Assembly: GCA_032718475.1 (NCBI GenBank)
Contig: JAUCBJ010000162.1
Span: forward strand, 1-64,000
From: Nemertoderma westbladi
Lineage: Eukaryota; Animalia; Xenacoelomorpha
Direction: 5' to 3'
Length of the DNA stretch: 64,000 nt
How positions within the stretch are numbered: position 1 is the stretch's first letter; each line of letters opens with the position of its first letter. The position numbers were made by a program, and so were the translations under genes. Of this stretch, positions 35,501 to 47,467 are shown piece after piece. The notes under the pieces are model-generated. The model worked only from the letters and a program-made list of their open reading frames with translations. It was not told where the DNA came from and searched no databases.

Positions 35501-38439
35501 GATCATATCAAACAGGTGAGTCCAGTCAGTGGTTGGATCACATCAAACAGGTGAGTCTAGTGGTTGGATCATATCAAACAGGTGAGTCCACTCAGTAGTG
35601 GTTGGATCATATCAAACAGGTGAGTCCAGTGGTTGGATCATATCAAACAGGTGTGTCCACTCATGAGTGGTTGGATCATATCTAACAGGTGAGTCCACTC
35701 AGTGGTTGGATCATATCAAACAGGTGATTCCACTCATTAGTGGTTGGATCATATCAAACAGGTGAGTCCACTCAGTGGTTGGATCATATCAAACAGGTGA
35801 GTCCACTCAGTAGTGGTTGGAGCATATCAAACAGGTGAGTCCACTCAGTAGTGGTTGGATCATATCAAACAGGTGAGTCCACTCAGTAGTGGTTGGATCA
35901 TATCAAACAGGTGAGTCCACTCAGTAGTGGTTGGATCTTATCAAACAGGTGAGTCCACTCAGTGGTTGGATCATATCAAACAGGTGAGTCCAGTGGTTGG
36001 ATCATATCAAACAGGTGAGTCCAGTCAGTGGTTGGATCATATCAAACAGGTGAGTCCAGTGGTTGGATCATATCAAACAGGTGTGTCCACTCAGTAGTGG
36101 TTGGATCATATCAAACAGGTGAGTCCAGTGGTTAGATCATATCAAACAGGTGAGTCCAGTCAGTGGTTGGATCATATCAAACAGGTGTGTCCACTCAGTA
36201 GTGGTTGGATCATATCAAACAGGTGAGTCCACTCAGTAGTGGTTGGATCATATCAAACAGGTGAGTCCAGTCAGTGGTTGGATCATATCAAACAGGTGTG
36301 TCCACTCAGTAGTGGTTGGATCATATCAAACAGGTGAGTCCACTCAGTAGTGGTTGGATCATATCAAACAGGTGAGTCCACTCAGTAGTGGTTGGATCAT
36401 ATCAAACAGGTGAGTCCACTCAGTAGTGGTTGGATCATATCAAACAGGTGAGTCCACTCAGTAGTGGTTGGATCATATCAAACAGGTGAGTCCACTCAGT
36501 AGTGGTTGGATCATATCAAACAGGTGAGTCCACTCAGTAGTGGTTGGATCATATCAAACAGGTGAGTCCACTCAGTAGTGGTTGGATCATATCAAACAGG
36601 TGAGTCCACTCAGTGGTTGGATCATATCAAACAGGTGAGTCCACTCAGTCGTGGTTGGTTCATATCAAACAGGTGAGTCCACTCAGTAGTGGTTGGATCA
36701 TATCAAACAGGTGAGTCCACTCAGTAGTGGTTGGATCATATCAAACAGGTGAGTCCACTCAGTAGTGGTTGGATCATATCAAACAGGTGAGTCCACTCAG
36801 TAGTGGTTGGATCATATCAAACAGGTGAGTCCACTCAGTAGTGGTTGGATCATATCAAACAGGTGAGTCCACTCAGTAGTGGTTGGATCATATCAAACAG
36901 GTGAGTCCACTCAGTAGTGGTTGGATCATATCAAACAGGTGAGTCCAGTCAGTAGTGGTTGGATCATATCAAACAGGTGAGTCCACTCAGTAGTGGTTGG
37001 ATCATATAAAACAGGTGAGTCCACTCAGTGGTTGGATCATATCAAACAGGTGAGTCCACTCAGTAGTGGTTGGATCATATCAAACAGGTGAGTCCACTCA
37101 GTAGTGGTTGGATCATATCAAACAGGTGAGTCCACTCAGTAGTGGTTGGATCATATCAAACAGGTGAGTCCAGTGGTTGGATCATATCAAACAGGTGAGT
37201 CCACTCAGTGGTTGGATCATATCAAACAGGTGAGTCCACTCAGTAGTGGTTGGATCATATCAAACAGGTGAGTCCACTCAGTGGTTGGATCATATCAAAC
37301 AGGTGAGTCCACTCAGTAGTGGTTGGATCATATCAAACAGGTGAGTCCACTCAGTAGTGGTTGGATCATATCAAACAGGTGAGTCCACTCAGTAGTGGTT
37401 GGATCATATCAAACAGGTGAGTCCACTCAGTGGTGGTTGGATCATATCAAACAGGTGAGTCCACTCAGTAGTGGTTGGATCATATCAAACAGGTGAGTCC
37501 ACTCAGTAGTGGTTGGATCATATCAAACAGGTGAGTCCAGTAGTTGGATCATATTAAACGAATCTGATATTTGCACCTAATTTAAGATTTAAGTTTTGAG
37601 GAAAACTGTATAAGTTTTCTGGTTGACTTCATTTTGTGGGTTTGTAGAGTCGGATGCCTTCGATATATTTTTATTATCGATATTATGTTTTCCAGATATT
37701 ATCATCGGCCCTGCGAGTCGCTGAGAGAGTGGAGAGTCTGAAGGAGTCGGTGGTGATTCACTGTAGCGACGGTTGGGACCGGACCGCCCAACTTACATCG
37801 CTGTCTATGCTACTACTAGACCCCTACTACCGGACTATAAAAGGGTTCCAAGTGCTTGTCGAGAAGGAATGGCTAAGTTTCGGACACAAATTCTCGCAAC
37901 GAGTCGGTCATGGGGACCGGAACTACGCTGACGCCGACCGCTCTCCGGTCTTCCTACAGTTCATCGACTGTGTCTGGCAACTAACCCAACAGTTCCCGGT
38001 CGCCTTCCAGTTCAACGAGCACTTCCTAATAACGATAATGGACCATCTGTACAGCTGTCGTTTCGGTACCTTCCTGTGTAACGCGGAGCGGGAGCGCGTT
38101 ACAGAGAAACTCCGAGAGCGATCGCCCTCGCTGTGGTCGTACATCCTCCAGTCCGTGGACGAGTACACAAACCCGCTGTACGCGGAGTACTCGGTGCAAT
38201 GCGTGCTGTACCCCGCGGCGACCCTGCGGCGTATAAAGCTGTGGATCGGGTACTACGTGCGATGGAACCCGAGCATGCACCCTCAGGAGTCAGTGTTGTC
38301 TCAGACAATAGATCTACTGAAGATTAGAGATCAGTTAAAGAAGCAACGGGACGAGTTGCAACGACAATTCGAACACAAAGAAAAACTTGGGATTATTAAA
38401 TCGCGAAAGGGAGCCACTTCAACAACCACCGTCATATGA
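32595..38439 (+). CDS. MTMR2: Myotubularin phosphoinositide 3-phosphatase (MTM1/MTMR1/MTMR2 group); join(32595..33680,37696..38439), 609 aa
   Basis: PH-GRAM ([25 protein letters not shown]), [21 protein letters not shown]; phase-0 intron CAG|gtgagt...ttccag|ATA; active site [19 protein letters not shown], coiled coil, PDZ-type end TTVI. Paralogue label is approximate. Confidence 0.9.
33654..37559 (+). repeat. Intronic satellite of myotubularin exon end + 5' splice site, 31/35/38-bp units, about 105-110 copies
   Basis: Unit GTGAGTCC(ACTCAGT)AGTGGTTGGATCATATCAAACAG; its 3' part is identical to the end of exon 1. Confidence 0.95.
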
Positions 38440-38679
38440 GCGAGTTGCGATAGACGATGGTGTCTATCTATTTATTTAGCTTAATAAATATTTACTTTTC
38501 GATATCGGGAAGAACAAACCGTATTTCATAAATGTACCTAAATGCTAAAATAGGTAATTAATCTTAAAACTGAGTGAGTACTGAGTATGACTGTTCTTGT
38601 TCTGCAATAATAATAAATCTAGTCAGACGCAGATTCGTTAGAGACTATTTAGTTTAGATATATAGTTCTGATACGGATA

Positions 38680-39190
38680 TGTTATTGGAAAACGTCTGTG
38701 ATTCCATTATGTGGTTCGCCTTTTGTTATTTAGATTTAGTAATTCGCTATGCTTTGGTTTAATATGGGCTCACATTGTTCTATTTAATTCCGGGAACGGG
38801 TCCGTACTAAGAGGCCTAATTATCGATCCACGTTTATCCACGAATGTAGAAGATTATGTATATTTCGGTAAATTGTCGTAAAGTTTACGCTAAACATACA
38901 GTCCGATACAATAGAGCAAAACGTGGTGGTAAAATAGATCCTAAACGCTAAAAAGGGAGGAAAACCATAGCTGCGTTGTTTTAATTAATTTCGAGTCGTT
39001 ATATTATATTTGTATTTGTATTCTGGGCTTTCCCTCCCCATATTTATTTGCTGTTAACTTCTCATCCGTAATTATTTGCTTAATAATGCTTTAATTCATT
39101 GCACTACATTTGGTGCCAATTTGATTTTTAATTTATTTATAAATTAAATTCTTACCCAGCCTCAGACTTAAATTTAATTACTTATATACA
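38680..39190 (+). mobile_element. Possible LTR remnant
   Basis: TGTT...ATACA bounded 511-bp segment followed by GTTGGCG (PBS-like); no second LTR or gag seen. Confidence 0.25.
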
Positions 39191-39391
39191 GTTGGCGTGC
39201 AAACCGGATAACCTACAATATGTCGGAAGTGCGGAGCAATACGCGATAATAACCGCCACTACATTATATTGTATAATTTATCGGAACCTGGAGGTGTGAA
39301 ATAGCGACGTGGTTGAGACCTTTGTACACTGGGGCATTCAACTGGAGTCCACAGATCGGCGGGGGACTTCCGATGGCACAGGATATTAATT

Positions 39392-40788
39392 ACACTCTAT
39401 GGTTCTTTTCGGGGAATTTCATTTATCTCGATTGCTGCAAAGCTATACAATAGAATTCTATTAAATCGCATCAGGGATCCCATTGAGAGACTGCTCCGTG
39501 GAAATCAGAATGGGTTCCGTAAAGGTCGTGGGACCATGGAGCCCATTTTGGCACTTAGAAGGATAATTTAAGAATTATCAAAAAAGAAAGACAGGCATCT
39601 GGCTGTTATCTTTGTTGACTTCTTCAAGGCCTTTGATTCAGTCTCTCGCTCACGTATGTTCAGTATACTTTCGCACTATATGGGATTCCTGATGAAATTA
39701 TTGCAGCAATCAGATCATCAGTATACGATGGTTCGACAACATTTGTGTCTACTGTTGACGGTGACACAGAACCATTTGAAGTGTTATGGGAAGTCCTCCA
39801 GGGAGACACACTTGCACCATTCTTGTTCATAATTGTGGTTGACTATGTTCTACGCATGTCCTTAGATCATCATAATGATGATGGGGTGATGATAACTCCA
39901 CCTACTGGCTCCAGAAGTCGAGGAAATCCTGCCAAGTACCTAACTGATCTAGACTTTGCTGATGACTTAGGAGTACTCTCAGAATCACTAGAGGGAGCCC
40001 AACGGCTCCTCAGCTTATTAGAACATGCTGCTTCTAGTGTTGGTCTTTTTATTAACTCCAGAAAGACCAACATTTTGACAGTTAACTTTGAAAGTCCTCA
40101 GCAAGTCTCTGACCGGATGAGCATAATCTCAAAGGATGGTATGCTTGAGCATGTGGACGACTTCTGTTACCTGGGATCATGGATCCGGAAGGCAGGTGAG
40201 GACCTTTGAATACGTAAGGGAAAGGCATGGACAGCCTTGATTAGGCTTTCCAGGATTTGGAAGTCACCGAGAATTAATCGGAAACTTAAGGTCCGATTAT
40301 TTAGAGCAGCAGTAGTTCCAGTACTCCTCTATGGGAGTCCATGCTGGGCTCTAACTGCTGAGGACACCAAATCTCTAGATGGCACATTCACAAGAATGCT
40401 ACGCCGGGTTGATTGTGTCAAGTACAATGCACACATCTCCAACCAGACACTATATAACATTGGAGGTGTCTCATTGGTTCCCCCAAGCTTGACATTAGAA
40501 CAAAATCGCCTCCGCTTTGCAGTACATTGCTTTCGCCGTGAGGACCAGCCAGTGCATAATCGTGTACTTTGGCAGCCTCATGGAGTGAATAAGCATGGTG
40601 GACAGCCCATGACTTTCTTGAGGCGCATCTTAAAGGACACTGGCCTTGATTATGCGGATGATCTAGCAAATGTCTTGGGTGATAGGGAGTTGTGGCGGCG
40701 CAATTTTATCGACAAGCCGGCACAGCATTCTTAAAAATGCAGCTGCAATGCCGCATACCGATCCTAGTAGTAGTCATAGTAGTAGTAG
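39392..40788 (+). mobile_element. 5'-truncated RTE LINE copy, mutated
   Basis: Highly similar to the reverse complement of about 8862-10245; RT remnants (ORFs 39745-40209, 40237-40734), premature stop, same 3' UTR and (TAG)n tail. Confidence 0.92.
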
Positions 40789-41336
40789 CAGGGCGTAAAC
40801 GCGACAACGTCAAGTATGGAGCTGTAACCTGTACTCATGATTCTCGTTTATTGTTTTGGTTATAATAACCCTCAACTGTAACATGTCGTTTACACCCTTA
40901 GTAGCATTAGATTCCTCAAAATGTAACTTGTTCTGTTGACTTTCGTTGATTGTTTTGGTTAAAATAACGTGCCACTGTAACTACTACCTTTTTTTGCCAA
41001 TTTCCCTTAATTGGTGATTTAACATAAAGACGATTAATCACATTAAGATATTAATTCACCGAGATGGGATTTGTGTCAAGTTCCCCTATGTCTCATTTTA
41101 TTTATATAATGATTTAATAATTAATTTATTGTATTTATTTTATTTACGTATACGTTTGTAAGAATACCTCTCTAATAATTAATATGCTATACACACAGTC
41201 TCCAATTCATTAAGTTTTAGTAATAATGAATGTAATGAGAGATCAAATAGCAAAAAGGAGCACATTAACAACTTTTGGATACGATTGCGACTCCACCCGG
41301 TCGCATAAATACATGGGACAGATACCAAACAGAATG

Positions 41337-41836
41337 TTGGATGTGGGGCGAGCTTAGAATACGGGTACCACTATCTCAATCTGTGTGTCTGTCGATCTGT
41401 ATATGTAGATCCACGTATATTTAATAGTTAATAAATCCTCGATGAAATCTAACCAAACTTAGTACACGTTGTCAAAAGTTGAGAAATTTTCTAAGTAGAA
41501 TTTACGTGTGGCCTTCGATCCTAAGATAAAAGCAGCCAATTGGTTAATTGCAGTAAAATACGTGAGATTTTAATCAGGTCAGCTATCATAGATTTTAATT
41601 ATTTCAAGTGGTATGTGTTAAGAAATCAGTGTTTGATTGATCTAATTAATTGATATAATTAGTAATTAACCCCATTGAATTTATGCTTTTCACATACAAT
41701 GTCGCTGACAGGGTAAATTCTGCCGGTCTGGCCCCTGATGTTGCCGCCTTTAATAATATTTCACTATCATTACTAATTACATCGACATTCACATAACAAA
41801 AGTTTTAATATTTTTGACAATTTGGCTCGCCTACAA
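41337..41836 (+). mobile_element. Helentron/DINE-1-like non-autonomous repeat (related starts at about 15836, 26665 and inverted at 55060-55102)
   Basis: TGTGGGGCGAGC start, CTGT-type microsatellite after GTACCACTATCT, inverted GCTCGCCTACAA end. Confidence 0.4.
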
Positions 41837-41941
41837 TCTTAATTATAAAATACAAATTATCTGTCAAGACCTACCACACCTATCATCAATCTCGCATACT
41901 GGTACCGTCTGTACCTTTGGGTTGTAACGCAGATTAAAATG

Positions 41942-42051
41942 GGGGTTGAAGGTGAGTCCCGCTTTATTTGATTGATTGGGGTTGAAGGTGAGTCCCGCTT
42001 TATTTGATTGATTGGGGTTGAAGGTTAGTCCCGCTTTATTTGATTGATTGG
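41942..42051 (+). repeat. 36-bp tandem repeat x3 containing AAG|GT(G/T)AGT
   Basis: GGGGTTGAAGGTGAGTCCCGCTTTATTTGATTGATT three times. Confidence 0.9.
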
Positions 42052-42195
42052 CGGTTTTGTTAAATTTCTTAAGTACAGTTTTTGTGATAGAATCGCTCAA
42101 TTTTAATTTGTATCTCATAACTCAGCCTCGTGCTGCGCGAAGGCCCCACCAACGTGTATTGACTAACTTCGATTGTATTTTCATTTAATTTTGTA

Positions 42196-43209
42196 TTAAA
42201 TAATCTGTAAGGGGTGATCCTCAGTCAATCCATAATGCGTTTTATGTTTATGGAATAGATCTTCAACGGCTGTGACGTATCTTCTATGAAGCAAATCGAT
42301 GTCTTCTTTGGAGACAGTAATAAGCTTCTCCACAGGAATAGGGGCTCCCACTACCGTGTTGATACTGCACCTATAGGGCAGCAGTCCCACAGTGTAGTTA
42401 AACACACCCCTCCCGTGGAACAGAGGAGGGCTGAAGCCCATAAACTTTGTGCCGAGATTCTGTAGTCGACGCAGCATCGATCCTTCCGGGTTATCCAGTT
42501 GCTTGTACATATCGATCTCCCCAAACGATACAATCGGAACTAAAGAAGCTCCGGTCTTTAACGCCATTTTAATAAAACCCTTTCGCTCTTTCAGAAGAAA
42601 CTTGTATTTAGTCGGGTTGGCTTCCAACACTTCCGGAGCCCCTCCCACTACGATAACGACTGCATTGCCTTTCCCTTTGCGTTCTAGAATGTAACGCACT
42701 GAGTCCTTGTGGGCGCTGCATAATCCACCCGTCATAATGTAGTCGCGAAAAAAAGGGAAGGAGAATTGGCCATCAAGTACGCATAGATGGGGCACGATAG
42801 CCGGGAATAGGTCCTCGAAACCCGTAGCCGTGGTACCGAAGTGTATAAAGGCGCCCGTTGCCATGATACCGTGCGGGTGGTAGCCTATGATGTAGTTGGC
42901 GTCTGGGGTTAGTTCGGCGGTCTTTATAAGTCGTGCCGGGAAGTATCGGGCCAACCAAGTCCACACGATCCAGCTCCGAGGCCAGGCGTTCCGTCTGCCG
43001 CCCTGTCTGGGTGTGTGGATGTCGTACAGGTACCAGGCCAGGTAGAGAACAACCAGGTAGTAGTAGGACGTGAAGAGGAGGTAGATAGCTAAAGCGATCC
43101 CTCCAAACCCGAAGAAAAGAAATGTTGTCGAATAAACCAAAGCGCCAACGGTCTCCAGACGACGATGTAAGGGGATTCGTAAAGGGGCCAATTCTATTCC
43201 AATTGGCAT
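42196..43209 (-). CDS. DGAT2/MOGAT-family acyltransferase, intronless, nested antisense in a CFAP206 intron
   Basis: 337 aa; APLRIPLHRRLET, YFP, GYHPHGI, VVGGAPE, RKGFIKMALKTGASLVPIVSFGE, VVGAPIPV. Confidence 0.92.
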   Translation of the reverse strand: MPIGIELAPLRIPLHRRLETVGALVYSTTFLFFGFGGIALAIYLLFTSYYYLVVLYLAWYLYDIHTPRQGGRRNAWPRSWIVWTWLARYFPARLIKTAELTPDANYIIGYHPHGIMATGAFIHFGTTATGFEDLFPAIVPHLCVLDGQFSFPFFRDYIMTGGLCSAHKDSVRYILERKGKGNAVVIVVGGAPEVLEANPTKYKFLLKERKGFIKMALKTGASLVPIVSFGEIDMYKQLDNPEGSMLRRLQNLGTKFMGFSPPLFHGRGVFNYTVGLLPYRCSINTVVGAPIPVEKLITVSKEDIDLLHRRYVTAVEDLFHKHKTHYGLTEDHPLQII

Positions 43210-44487
43210 GGCGATAAATGTTTGGATGGAGACTATATCAACATTATATTACAAATATAGGGCCTACTAATGTGATTGAATATCTATCAATTAATTAACT
43301 TTATATTACTTTTATTTTGATCTACTGGAATGGGATTGGTACGCGAACAAAATGTTTTTGTAGAAACAATATATTAAAGGGGGTAGTGGACGCGGACGGG
43401 ATGAGGGGGGGGGGGGGGATAGTTTACTCGGTAGCGTCAATTTAAATATGTGTTTTTAATTTTAATTTAGTCAGCAGTTAGTGAAGTAATTTTGATTTAC
43501 TACTGGAATCAAATCTGGAACTGGAATTAATAAGGGTGTAATAATTAACCTGTATTAATAATGATTGATTTAATCTTAATAATGGATTCCAAATAAATTT
43601 ATTTATTTATTTAATATATATAATTTATTTAAATCATTATGTAAAAACAATAACAAATACACCAAATAATGTATATATACAGTACTATATAGGCATTGAT
43701 TATTCAACATAACATATTGTTATCCCTCATCCCATGGTTTTTTCACCGAATAATTTTTTCGCAAACCAAACCCTACGGTTTTTACTTTTACAGAATGACA
43801 ACATAATATCACCTAACAATTATTGAAGTGACATATGTAAAATGTGCTCCAATTATTAAATCTACATTATTTATTGGTTTACAAAGCAACTGAGAGATAT
43901 TATATTAATAAAATGATCTAGGCTATAGGTATTTACGTCTATCTATAATTAGTATTCTATTTACAATCAAACCCGGATGTTATCTCACAGTCAATAAAGT
44001 GAAATCGCTAGTTGTTGTAGTTGTAGTATTAGATAATAATAATACCTGCATTGTGGCTATTTGACATCTGGATAAGATTATAAGCAAATCACTAAAACTG
44101 CCTGCATCACACAATAACCCCCTTTATTAATATTAAATTTTTGCACGATGGGTTATTTAGAAGGCCCACCGGATCTTGTGGTAAGTGACAGAACCATAGT
44201 CATTGAGAACTCTCATGAGCTATGGAATGATGGGGTCCAGGGTTTTTTGACTGTCTAGGTCCTAATATGGGCCTACACTCCCTCTCCTGCGGAGAGACTT
44301 GGTGTCTGCATGTGTTTACTAGACCACATTGTCCGATTGGTTGCACGAAGACCAATGGACCTGTTTGAATTGTGAGCCTATTATTAACCCTACTGTATTC
44401 GACATGCGCTTGTACTCTTTTTCATTACAATTATTATTGTTTGTAATTTTGAAAATCAAATATTCTGATTCGTTATTATATTTTTAG

Positions 44488-44604
44488 AATAGAGAAGATA
44501 ATGTACCACCGCTTCAGTTGGTGGTTGATTCCTTGATCAACACTCGCCAATACGAGGCCTTCCTTGTTCATCTGCAAACAGATGTAATAGAGTGCGCCAG
44601 ACAG
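44488..44604 (+). CDS. CFAP206: CFAP206 internal exon D
   Basis: ttttag|NREDNVPPLQLVVDSLINTRQYEAFLVHLQTDVIECARQ|gtgagt; phase 0-0; L.N.RQYE.FL motif. Confidence 0.88.
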
Positions 44605-46796
44605 GTGAGTGGACTAATTGACTTCCTTGTTCATCTGCAAACAGATGTAATAGAGTGCGCCAGACAGGTGAGTGGACTAATTGACTTCCTTGTTCATATG
44701 CAAACAGATGTAATAGAGTGCGCCAGACAGGTGAGTGGACCAATTGACTTCCTTGTTCATCTGCAAACAGATGTAATAGAGTGCGCCAGACAGGTGAGTG
44801 GACCAATTGACTTCCTTGTTCATCTGCAAACAGATGTAATAGAGTGCGCCAGGCAGGTGAGTGGACCAATTGACTTCCTTGTTCATCTGCAAACAGATGT
44901 AATAGAGTGCGCCAGACAGGTGAGTGGACCAATTGACTTCCTTGTTCATCTGCAAACAGATGTAATAGAGTGCGCCAGACAGGTGAGTGGACCAATTGAC
45001 TTCCTTGTTCATCTGCAAACAGATGTAATAGAGTGCGCCAGACAGGTGAGTGGACCAATTGACTTCCTTGTACATATGCAAACAGATGTAATAGAGTGCG
45101 CCAGACAGGTGAGTGGACTAATTGACTTCCTTGTTCATATGCAAACAGATGTAATAGAGTGCGCCAGACAGATGAGTGGACCAATTGTCTTCCTTGTTCA
45201 TATGCAAACAGATGTAATAGAGTGCGCCAGACAGGTGAGTGGACTAATTGACTTCCTTGTTCATATGCAAACAGATGTAATAGAGTGCGCCAGACAGATG
45301 AGTGGACCAATTGTCTTCCTTGTTCATATGCAAACAGATGTAATAGAGTGCGCCAGACAGGTGAGTGGACTAATTGACTTCCTTGTTCATATGCAAACAG
45401 ATGTAATAGAGTGCGCCAGACAGGTGAGTTGACCAATTGACTTCCTTGTACATATGCAAACAGATGTAATAGAGTGCGCCAGACAGGTGAGTGGACCAAT
45501 TGACTTCCTTGTTCATATGCAAACAGATGTAATAGAGTGCGCCAGAAAGGTGAGTGGAACAATTGACTTCCTTGTACATATGCAAACAGATGTAATAGAG
45601 TGCGCCAGACAGGTGAGTGGACTAATTGACTTCCTTGTTCATATGCAAACAGATGTAATAGAGTGCGCCAGACAGGTGAGTTGACCAATTGACTTCCTTG
45701 TACATATGCAAACAGATGTAATAGAGTGCGCCAGACAGGTGAGTTGACCAATTGACTTCCTTGTACATATGCAAACAGATGTAATAGAGTGCGCCAGACA
45801 GGTGAGTGGACTAATTGACTTCCTTGTTCATATGCAAACAGATGTAATAGAGTGCGCCAGACAGGTGAGTTGACCAATTGACTTCCTTGTACATATGCAA
45901 ACAGATGTAATAGAGTGCGCCAGACAGGTGAGTGGACTAATTGACTTCCTTGTTCATATGCAAACAGATGTAATAGAGTGCGCCAGACAGGTGAGTTGAC
46001 CAATTGACTTCCTTGTACATATGCAAACAGATGTAATAGAGTGCGCCAGACAGGTGAGTGGACCAATTGACTTCCTTGTTCATATGCAAACAGATGTAAT
46101 AGAGTGCGCCAGAAAGGTGAGTGGAACAATTGACTTCCTTGTACATATGCAAACAGATGTAATAGAGTGCGCCAGACAGGTGAGTGGACCAATTGACTTC
46201 CTTGTTCATATGCAAACAGATGTAATAGAGTGTGCCAGAAAGGTGAGTGGAACAATTGACTTCCTTGTTCATATGCAAACAGATGTAATAGTGCGCCAGA
46301 CAGGTGAGTGGACCAATTGACTTCCTTGTTCATCTGCAAACATATGTAATAGAGTGCGCCAGACAGATGAGTGGACCAATTGACTTACTTGTTGTTCATC
46401 TGCAAACATATGTAATAGAGTGCGCCAGACATGTGAGTGGACGAATTGACTTCCTTGTTCATATGCAAACAGATGTAATAGAGTGCGCCAGACAGGTGAG
46501 TGGACCAATTGACTTCCTTGTTCATATGCAAACAGATGTAATAGAGTGCGCCAGACAGGTGAGTGGACCAATTGACTTCCTTGTTCATCTGCAAACATAT
46601 GTAATAGAGTGCGCCAGACAGGTGAGTGGACCAATTGACTTCATTGTTCATCTGCAAACAGATGTAATAGAGTGCGCCAGGCAGGTGAGTGGACCAATTG
46701 ACTTCCTTGTTCATCTGCAAACATATGTAATAGAGTGCGCGAGACATGTGAGTGGACCAATTGACTTCCTTGTACATATGCAAACAGATGTAATAG
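44559..46796 (+). repeat. Intronic satellite of CFAP206 exon D end + 5' splice site, 63-bp unit, about 35 copies
   Basis: Unit = 46 nt exon end (CTTCCTTGTTCATCTGCAAACAGATGTAATAGAGTGCGCCAGACAG) + 17 nt intron start (GTGAGTGGAC[C/T]AATTGA). Confidence 0.95.
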
Positions 46797-47467
46797 TTGG
46801 GTGAGAGGACTTACATAAGCCCTTTATGGGTGTACCTATATTTCAATGTTCCGCTTCCCTTGTACTTATTACATGTCTCTATGTTTGTGAATGCTACAAA
46901 ATCCAAAATTCTCAGAGTAAATATTAATTCCCCAGCAAGTCAAGGACCCTCAGGTCAGCGCTTTGAGTCGTTGGAGGCCATGAGTTTAATTTTCGCACTA
47001 CCTAGTATAGGATCTTAGATTCGGAGATCAGCTAAAAGCTCCGCGTATCAAATGATATTGTCAGTGGTCAGGTCATGGTCTGTCTGACTTAAATAAATTT
47101 AAGGATGGTAAAAACCTGAGCTAACGCTAAGGTTATGTTATTCCGGGCAGCAGTACAGTATGTGCTGCTGCTGATCTTAGTTTACTTAATGCTGAAGATA
47201 CAAGATCACTAAGCTTGGTAAGGTGAAGTCATGTCCTTGGTAAAGAATGCAATGAAACACGATTGTACGATGTACAACATCGGTAATCACTTTCTCAAAA
47301 ACCAGTGGAAGTATAATAATATAAAAATAAATAGTTCAATTATTGTAGAGCTAGTTCAAGACAAAATATATCATTTACAATGATTTACGTTTGAATTGTT
47401 GAAAATTGCATATTTATGTTGATAACATAACAAAATATTTTAGCAGTTAACATTGGGTATTCAGAAA

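Noticed and set aside
33654-37559. CRISPR-like array (31-38 bp periodicity)
   Set aside because: No unique spacers, no cas genes, eukaryotic intron context; it is a head-to-tail satellite. The same applies to the 50- and 63-bp arrays.
44537-46339. 600-aa minus-strand repeat ORF and other ORFs in the 63-bp array
   Set aside because: By-product of a stop-free unit whose length is a multiple of 3; the unit is explained by the plus-strand CFAP206 exon/donor.
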